Below are positions 55,343-64,000 of a stretch of 64,000 nt of DNA, in pieces. The stretch is taken from contig OZ024750.1 of the NCBI GenBank assembly GCA_964016885.1, positions 15,252,001 to 15,316,000 of the forward strand. Direction: 5' to 3'. The notes beneath the pieces are model-generated. The model did not search any database. It was not told the DNA's origin and saw only the letters and a list, made by a program, of their open reading frames with translations. Each line of letters begins with the position of its first letter. Position 1 is the stretch's first letter. Made by a program: the position numbers and the translations under genes. This stretch comes from Eledone cirrhosa (Eukaryota).

Positions 55343-55608
55343 AAAATTGGAAATATTAAATATTTTTCATTTTTTCATTTTTTCGATTTTTCGATTTTTT
55401 CGATTTTTTCATTTTTTCATTTTTTCGATTTTTCGATTTTTTCGATTTTTTCATTTTTTCATTTTTCATTTTTTAATTTTTTCATTTTTTAATTTTTTCA
55501 TTTTTTAATTTTTTAATTTTTTAATTTTTTAATTTTTTTATTTTTTCATTTTTTCACTTTTTCATTTTTTCATTTTTTTCATTTTTTCGATTTTTTTCGA
55601 TTTTTTCG
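55343..55608. repeat. 8-9 bp unit satellite T5-6(CA/CGA/AA)
   Basis: Direct. Confidence 0.9.
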
Positions 55609-55701
55609 AATGATCTCTGATTGCGACCAATTATGATTAAAAGCACACACATACACAAGTACGCGAGCGCGCACACACACACACACACTTACACACACAC
55701 A

Positions 55702-55754
<53 letters not shown>

Positions 55755-55790
55755 CTGTTCTCAAGTTCAGCAGATTCAAGCGTGGGAGGG

Positions 55791-55834
55791 GTCGTCCTGA
55801 TGAAGACCAGTTAAGTCTGAAATGCATCGACGAT
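55791..55834 (+). ncRNA. Canonical minimal type I hammerhead
   Basis: gtcgtc CTGATGA agac-cagttaa-gtct GAA ATGCAT C gacgat; all core nucleotides present; AUC cleavage site. Confidence 0.92.
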
Positions 55835-55988
55835 TGTCCCGCTTGCTTCTGCTGGACACCACCAGAGGGCCCCGGTGTTTTTGCATAGCTACGGCTTCCT
55901 AAATATTTACCCTGTAAACATACCGTGTTTCTTTAGAAATACGAAATTGCTATACATATCTGTATACAGCTATACCTGAAGCTAAATC

Positions 55989-56028
<40 letters not shown>

Positions 56029-56039
56029 CATACACGGGT

Positions 56040-56098
<59 letters not shown>

Positions 56099-56188
56099 CA
56101 TATATATATGTGTATATATAATTTGTTTTGTGAGATTTCTTATCTGAAAACGTGTTTTTATTGGCAACATGACCCTCCCAAAGTATAA

Positions 56189-56228
<40 letters not shown>

Positions 56229-56322
56229 TTATACTTTGGGAGGGTCATGTTGCCAATAAAAACACGTTTTCAGATAAGAAATCTCACAAAACAAATTATA
56301 TATATACATATATATATGTAGG

Positions 56323-56390
<68 letters not shown>
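56040..56390. repeat. Palindrome centred on (TA)n with identical family-E-like termini
   Basis: 56117-56191 is the exact reverse complement of 56226-56300; outer (CA)n/(TG)n also mirrored. Confidence 0.92.
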
Positions 56391-56393
<3 letters not shown>

Positions 56394-56904
56394 CTGTTTA
56401 TGAACAATCCCTTCCAAGCTATATCCTTTTTACGTATACTGCGGGTCAAATTATAAAGACACAAATGATATAATCATGTTATCCATAAACATGCAATTGC
56501 GACAATCATTATAGAACCTGACATTCCACATATAACACCGTTAAACAATGGATGTATATAATCTTATTAACACATGTGATACTAGGTTAATATTAACCCG
56601 GAAAATAGCGTTATTTTTAACCAAGAAATACAAAACTCTCTCGCTTTAGTTATTTTCATTTGGCCACATTGCAGTCACTCTTACAATAGATTTCGCAATA
56701 ATTCAGTTTAAATCCTGCTTATAGAGGCGGTATAGTAATAACATTACAAAAAATAATGTAAATATCATATAAGTATATGAAATATAGAAATATGTACTTT
56801 ATAAAATTATTGAACTTTCGTCAAATCGAACCCCAAAACAATGTTTCCATTGGTCTTTCAAATTGCTAATACTATCTATCGGTCGCAACTCCAGGTAGAA
56901 GGAG

Positions 56905-57021
56905 TAACGTGAAATAAAGTGTCTTGCTCAAGGACATAACGCATCACTCGGTCAGGGAATCGAACTCACAACCTCACTATGGCGAATCCAATTCTCTAAC
57001 CACTCAGCCACACGCCTTCAC
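56905..57021 (-). mobile_element. CORE-type tRNA SINE
   Basis: AAGTGTCTTGCTCAAGGACA..GGGAATCGAACTC..CTAACCACTCAGCCACACGCC. Confidence 0.75.
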
Positions 57022-57248
57022 ATTCGACCATCACACTATGTAAAAACTAAATAGGTAAATTTATGATGGATAAGCCTGATGATGTAAACCTAGAGCAGAG
57101 ATAAAAGTCATATGTTGTAATTATAAAAACTATAATTCCGCACTGATTGTTACCTCTCACCTATAAAAGTGTGATATGACTGGAGAGGGGCGAAGATAAG
57201 AGCAAGTGGGCAACAAATATCGATAGGCTTCGCAGCTGCAACATAGTA

Positions 57249-57850
57249 CAGTCGAATTCACATAAAATATTAATTTAGTTTCAGTTTTTTATCTTGCTGT
57301 CGCAGCTTCCAGTTAATTAATTCCCTTAAGACTCCAATATGTTATAAATACTAAACATCAGTTTCTGTTGAAAATTCGATGTACAAAATGACATTATCAA
57401 TGATTCTATTGTATTAGAGAGTCTGGATGTCTTCCATAATTGTTCATCATTTCCATTATCTTCAGTATATTTGCTGTAACCAGTGAAGACTTCATCCACT
57501 AACTTCTTTATTTATCACTTGGTATCGAGGGTTTGCTAACCTAGTATGACGTCAACATCCGTGACAGCAGTTTCTCCTATTTTCTGAAATATGCGATAAA
57601 AATACTTTGTTTGGAATCTTTCAAAATCTTGTTCTACGTTCACATTGTTCACTACAGATACATTTTAACAAACATTTTCTAGAGTAATAGTCCCCAGTGT
57701 CTTCCATGAAGCTGCTGGATTGAATATTGCATACTTGAGGCAACAGTCATTAATGTTATTGACAGTGCATTGTCCATGTGGTCTACCCTAAAATCGTCCT
57801 CTTTTATTACCTTCTTAAATTGATTGAAGTCTCCCGATGAATCTCCCTAC
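57249..57850 (-). pseudogene. Decayed Tigger/pogo transposase 3' part
   Basis: LKYAIFNPAASWKTLGTITLENVC..EQDFERF; possible TIR TA-CAGTCGAATTC at 57247. Confidence 0.55.
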
Positions 57851-59707
57851 GAACTACATAAAAAGTACACACATCTGTGGTATGCTTAGCCACTTGCACG
57901 TTAATTTCATGAGCAGTCTGTTCTTTTCATCGAATCAACCGGGACGCGTGTGGTCAGTTTTGACGGAGGTCCAACATAAAGCGATTTTCTGAGTAATGGC
58001 GTTAGCTATTGTATAAGCCAATGTCTACGTATTTATATAAAATATAAGCTTATTATGTATAAAAAATCACTTCAGTAATGAATGTTTACTTGTTTATGAT
58101 TTGTCTTATCGGTTAACCCATAATAAATATATCTGAATTTGAGTCGTATTTGTAACAGACTGGCGTCTATTGCAAATATGATTTGTTATATCTATATTAG
58201 TCTGATGTAACAAACTACCAGATTGATAAATAAGAAAACCAAATATACAGTAGATAACCTATGTAAACATAACATTCCATTTCGACGGATAAAATGGAAT
58301 AGGATGTAATAGGATGGCTGCAATTGATTTCTAAATCAATGGAGTTTCACTTGCGTGGAATCTGAATTATTTTAGATTAGCCGATCATCTGTGAGCTGTC
58401 AATTATTTTAAATTACTTTCCGAATTAAAATTATTTAGAAATAAATATTTCCTGAATATATGTAAACTCATATAGGTTATTAATTAGGTACACGCTAATA
58501 AAAGAGCGGTTATTAAAATAGAGTGAATGTTTTGTATATTTTATTCTTTTACATAATAATTGTTTCCTGGGAAATTTTCAGAATTTTTCCCAGGAAATCT
58601 GATTCTTATTTCTTATCGTTTATGCTATGTGAATTAAGAAATGTGCTATATTCAGAAGCTTAATAATCCTGCTATAGTAACTAATTAAGTGGATGTGAAT
58701 AGAACTCTCGTTGGATTGAAAACAGGTTTAGTAAAGGACATTTCTTCGATAATGGTTGGGAACTGTTCCTGACTGTTTATTGAACTGTACAGTTTGGAAT
58801 CTTCGCTAGAAACACAGTTCCCAAAACGTACAGTCAATAAAAACTAATTTGGTATGCCTTGACTATTTCGTTTCATATATAATAATGGATCGTGGAAAAC
58901 AGATATTTTCTTCTTTACGAAATTAACTATTTCGAATTTAACTTGCTTTACTACCAAATAACTGAATTGTTTCTTTTAAGCAATAAAAAATGGTTTGTTA
59001 TATTTTTTGAAACATCATCCTATTATATTTTTAAAAAGTTAATGGAAAAGCAGAGCCAATTCCCGTAAAATAAAATGTTTATATTTATGGCTTGGCACAA
59101 AATAAAACTTGTTGAAATTAATATTTATTTTACTGATAAGGCTAATATAACACACTGTATATGATCACGATATAATCTATTTCCGCAAGACAAGAAGTAT
59201 TTATGAGAATATATAAATATTTTATATTTATGAGGCAACGTGTTAAGTTAGCATATTCTTCGGGAAATAAATTTGGTTTTAAATAAATGTATTCCGGCAA
59301 TTGTTTGAGAAGTTCGCTTCGAAAACATAGTTTTCGGCTTGATATTGCTGCGTTGCATTCAGGGCAAATCCGCTTTACCATAGTAGTACATTGACACAAG
59401 TTTGGGGAGTGAAATTGAACAGATTGAGTGCGAACCTATTACATGGATTGTACATGTAATTCAAAAGTGCAGTATTATTTACACATCACGTCACACTGAT
59501 TTTACCAGAGAGTTACGTTGAGGTTACACTTGTCTGTAGAATACACAGTCACTTACACGCTAATACAACTAAACTACTGAGAGATGATCCGTCTATTTAT
59601 TTATCTATTTATTTATTTAAGAATCCATCCATGAGTTCATGATCATCAACAAGAAAAGGACGCAGATAAATAATAGATTGAAAATGTATGAAATATATAT
59701 ATATATA

Positions 59708-60122
59708 GTAATAATAATAAATAAGGATAAATATATATCAAATATATAAGAACCCTAGAGCAAATATTTATTAAAATAACAGATTAAAGTTTAAGCAAAG
59801 AATCGCTGCTTTCACTCTTAACGGGATCTTCTGAAACTAAAAAAATAAATCTGTGAACGCAGAAATAAATATTTCGAAAAACGTTGCAGCCGAAGGAAAA
59901 CAGGAAGACGATACTTTGGTTCGCGAAGACGTTCCCTGGCAATGAATGGAAAAAAGCGAAGATAATACGTCGTTATGTGAAGCGATAAGAATCATAGGAG
60001 ACCGAATGATTCTTATCGCTTCACATAACGACGTATTATCTTCGCTTTTTTCCATTCATTGCCAGGGAACGTCTTCGCGAACCAAAGTATCGTCTTCCTG
60101 TTTTCCTTTGGTTGCAACGTTT
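59708..60122 (-). mobile_element. Longest family D copy, with ~115 bp fold-back
   Basis: Hammerhead at 59788-59838; inverted arms 59879-59995 and 60007-60122; TA flanks. Confidence 0.9.
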
Positions 60123-60323
60123 GTATATATAAATATACAAGCTACCGGGAGCTTCCAACAGTAATGGTTGCATTCTTTAAGGGTATGTCAATATTTATTT
60201 ATAAAACTGGTCTATATTATATTTTATCTGATGAAAGCACACCATAATTTAACTTGGTGTCCTTGAAATATGTATAATGAAATAAATATGGTTTTATAAA
60301 TATAGTTTCCATTTGTTAATATC

Positions 60324-60438
<115 letters not shown>

Positions 60439-60447
60439 TGTGTGTGC

Positions 60448-60504
<57 letters not shown>

Positions 60505-60589
60505 TATTGAATCATATTAATTACATCATTGTTAACTATAAGGAATGACCAGTTCTATCCAGTGGTGAATCAATATATGTATATATATA

Positions 60590-60716
60590 GGCCCTTTCCA
60601 TTCTGAGTTCAAATCCCGCCGAGGTCAACTTTGCCTTTCATCCTTACGGGGTCGATAAAATAAAGTACCAGTAATGTACTGGGTAATTGCTGGCCTTGTG
60701 CCAAAAGTAGAAACAA
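60590..60716 (+). mobile_element. 5'-truncated tRNA-SINE
   Basis: B box, core and tail; AATATATATGTATATATAT-like flanks. Confidence 0.9.
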
Positions 60717-61339
60717 TATATGTATATATATCAATATAGGTATATATTTATATATACATATGTGCGTGTGTGTTTGTGTTTGCATTGTCGTATGTGTGTG
60801 TGCGTCTGTGTAACTTCATTTTTTACTTGTTCGCTTCGCAATCAGACGGTAACTGGTTAATATATAATTGGTTAAAATTCAGCTGTGTTAAACTGAGTTA
60901 GTCTGTGAATGGTTTTGTTTTCCTTGTTGAGAACCACTTGATTGCAACGAAGATACAATTCCATTCAGATAAGTCTGTGTGAGGTTTTTCTAATTTTATA
61001 GTTTAGATTTTATGTTTCACTTAACAGTTCATAAGTGACGTTAGTAAGCACTTAGGATTGTATGGGAAGTTTCTTCTGTGGTATCTCAAGATTTATATAA
61101 TGTACATGGAGCGATGCATTCTACGTTGCCTCTTATTTTAAAATGTGTGGCTAGTACTTTCGCTTTGTCTTTTATTCTACCTAGTTATTTGTTTGTATTG
61201 TATTATCTGATAAGAGTTTGTCGTGTATTGTTCTTTTTATTTCTTTTTACTTCCTATACGTTTCTCGGCTGGCAGGGAATAACTTCAAATGCCGGCATAC
61301 ACAACGTATTTATTCATTTAGCGCAGAGGCAGAATCGTT

Positions 61340-61460
61340 GTTTAAATAATCTGGAATATGAAAAGAAGGTAAATCAACAACGTGCCAACAAAATGAATTT
61401 TTGTTTAAAGCTAGGTCCTAAGGAAACGGGAATCAGAAATGTAGCGTATGCATTGCAGGG
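61340..61460 (+). pseudogene. Mariner transposase N-terminal remnant
   Basis: NQQRANKMNFCLKLG..ET resembles EQRxxIKFCxKLGKxxxET. Confidence 0.5.
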
Positions 61461-61872
61461 ATATATCATCATCACCATCAACACTTAGCATATTACACAG
61501 AAGAGATAGGATATTTACAACATGTTCGCATAGAAAACAATTCTTCTACGTGCATATGAATTACAATCAGATGTTATCTTCCTTAATCGCAAGGGATAAA
61601 TCTGTAGCGCCATCTAAGAACAATAATATACGTGACAAGGTAACCAACAATACCCTCTGTGTTCTTCTGTGTAACTACATAAATATACATCAAGGAGAAT
61701 CAATATCAAATCCATATGATCTGGTGAGATTAATGAAAATAATATTTAATTTATCGTGCTTCACATTTGATAGCCAACATTGGCTCTACTGAGCATTGCC
61801 CCCTGAAATATTGTATCTAGTAAAGGACTCTCAGTATTGGTGGAGTGAATCATATATATATATATATATATA

Positions 61873-62102
61873 GTTTTAATATAGATGAGATTCTACAGGA
61901 CTAGAACTGTTTCATTCATTTGAAATCATCAGGAATCACTGAGATTTGAAATCATCAGGAATCACATGAGATTCCTGATGATTTCAAATGAATGAAACAG
62001 TTCTAGTCCTGTAGAATCTCATCTATATTAAAACTGTTATACTCTGCTATGTATTGAGTACCTTACTTACTGTGGTTACCTCCGATTCAACCCGGAATAA
62101 CG
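61873..62102 (+). mobile_element. Hammerhead family C fold-back insertion (hammerhead 61968-62020)
   Basis: Short inverted arm, stuttered junction, long arm ending CCGGAATAACG; in (TA)n. Confidence 0.9.
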
Positions 62103-62910
62103 TATATATATATATATATATAAAGACATGAAAAAATCTCGGAAGATATCTATGATTCAGCGAATATGCAGTGGTTTCCACGAACAATTATTAGTTAGGT
62201 TCTAAGGAAAATTCCGCGAATAACTGGAACTGTTAATGCCGGGGGTACACTGTATTATTTGTGTGTATATCTATAACCTATCTCTTAAACACTTAAAATG
62301 GCATATTGATATTTTATACTTGTTAGTTGTTTTAATTAAATGGCACGAAATGTCCACTTGGTCTGTTAGTTATAATTATATTGATATTTGGAAATTACAT
62401 TGTTCGTTTCAAGTACATATTCCTATTTCTTTTTTTTTTTTTTTTTTTCGCGTTGAATGAAGAGATTTTCCATTATCATATATTTGCAATAGATTTTAAT
62501 TATAAGTTTGTGTTTAGGTACGATACATAAGTACATGTTTTGTTTTATTAACTGTTTAAAGACTTATAGATTTATTCATGCTTTGATCAAGTGGGATGCA
62601 TTTGGTTCACATACAATATGAGAAGTGTTAATGGTTTTACTGAATAATAATTTTCTCATATCAGTGTCAGTGAGTTTGATTGTATATTACTCTATGGTAT
62701 AGTCATCTACTGTATTTGTGTATCTATTGTTAACTAACGTTTGTTAGCAAAACATAAAGCAAAATTATTTTCATTCAAAATGAATATAATAAAAGAGAAA
62801 TTAACAATCATCGCTTTCATCAATAGATACCTTATATAACAAATGGACTATTCGTCTAGCGTTCTTGATAAGTTATAATATAAGGTCAATTAAAATAGAT
62901 AAATAAATTT

Positions 62911-62961
<51 letters not shown>

Positions 62962-63005
62962 GTTTAGATCGATATCCAGTATATATATTTATACATACAC
63001 ACACG

Positions 63006-63365
<360 letters not shown>

Positions 63366-63585
63366 TATATATATATACATATAAATATACATATACATTT
63401 TTTAACGAATATATTACTTTAACGTCTCGAAGCTTATATAAAGATCTTATTATTAATATTATCGTGTAAGAAGTGATGTTCTACTTCTGCATGCTGAGTT
63501 AAAGGATATATTATTTTGGTATAAATGTAACTGAAAAATATATAAAATAGTAAATAGAGGGAAAGTAAGAGATTCAGATATTGGA

Positions 63586-63635
63586 CACCATAGCATTTTC
63601 AATATTGCGTCACCATAGCATTTTCAATATTGCGT
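63586..63635. repeat. 25 bp tandem duplication
   Basis: CACCATAGCATTTTCAATATTGCGT twice. Confidence 0.95.
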
Positions 63636-64000
63636 CAAACATTTTCATCCAAAACAAAGTTAATACTATAATCGAAATATACAATCCTCACATTTATTTA
63701 AGGTTTCTGGCAGCAAAACCTTATTGGTTCTTGTACCAAAACCGATATAAAAACTAACAAACAAACATATTTCTATCTTTTCTTACCATTCTGTAATTCT
63801 TCCACGTTTCTGTTCTGCCTTTGAGAACCCAGATATTCTGAAAATTGTCGATGTAGAAAAGACGAATTTCAGATTAAATTAATAATAAAAGTAAGAACGA
63901 CAAGGTTGGGAGGAGGATGGGAAGAAGTATAAGAATGAGAAAGGGGAGTAGAAAAAGAAGAGGAAGGAGAGGAAGAAAAAGAGAATTCTGTTTGAGTTTG

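Noticed and set aside
58563-58597. Short palindrome TTTCCTGGGAAA..TTTCCCAGGAAA
   Set aside because: Isolated and short; chance or a tiny MITE scar

Overview
Eukaryotic, very AT-rich, microsatellite-saturated DNA. The SINE repertoire suggests a cephalopod (octopus-like) genome, which is an inference. Nearly all ORF-track ORFs are repeat artefacts. The window holds about 25 copies of one tRNA-derived SINE, some CORE-type SINE remnants, decayed R4/Dong-like, RTE, Tigger and mariner fragments, and a piggyBac MITE. It may also hold the last three coding exons of a + strand gene (low confidence). The main signal is a dense set of short non-coding elements, most inserted in (TA)n tracts, belonging to about 10 sequence families that each carry a type I hammerhead ribozyme. 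These include canonical CUGANGA/GAAA cores, two U3-A8 compensatory cores, a conserved U4A core, palindromic stem III forms and long stem II forms. Many are fold-back insertions with two fixed, family-specific 3' termini. They are best read as pLTR remnants or retrozyme-like derivatives of (AT)n-targeting Penelope-like elements; I recognised no PLE ORF in the window. Several non-element inverted duplications are also anchored on (TA)n. All folds and alignments were done by eye.
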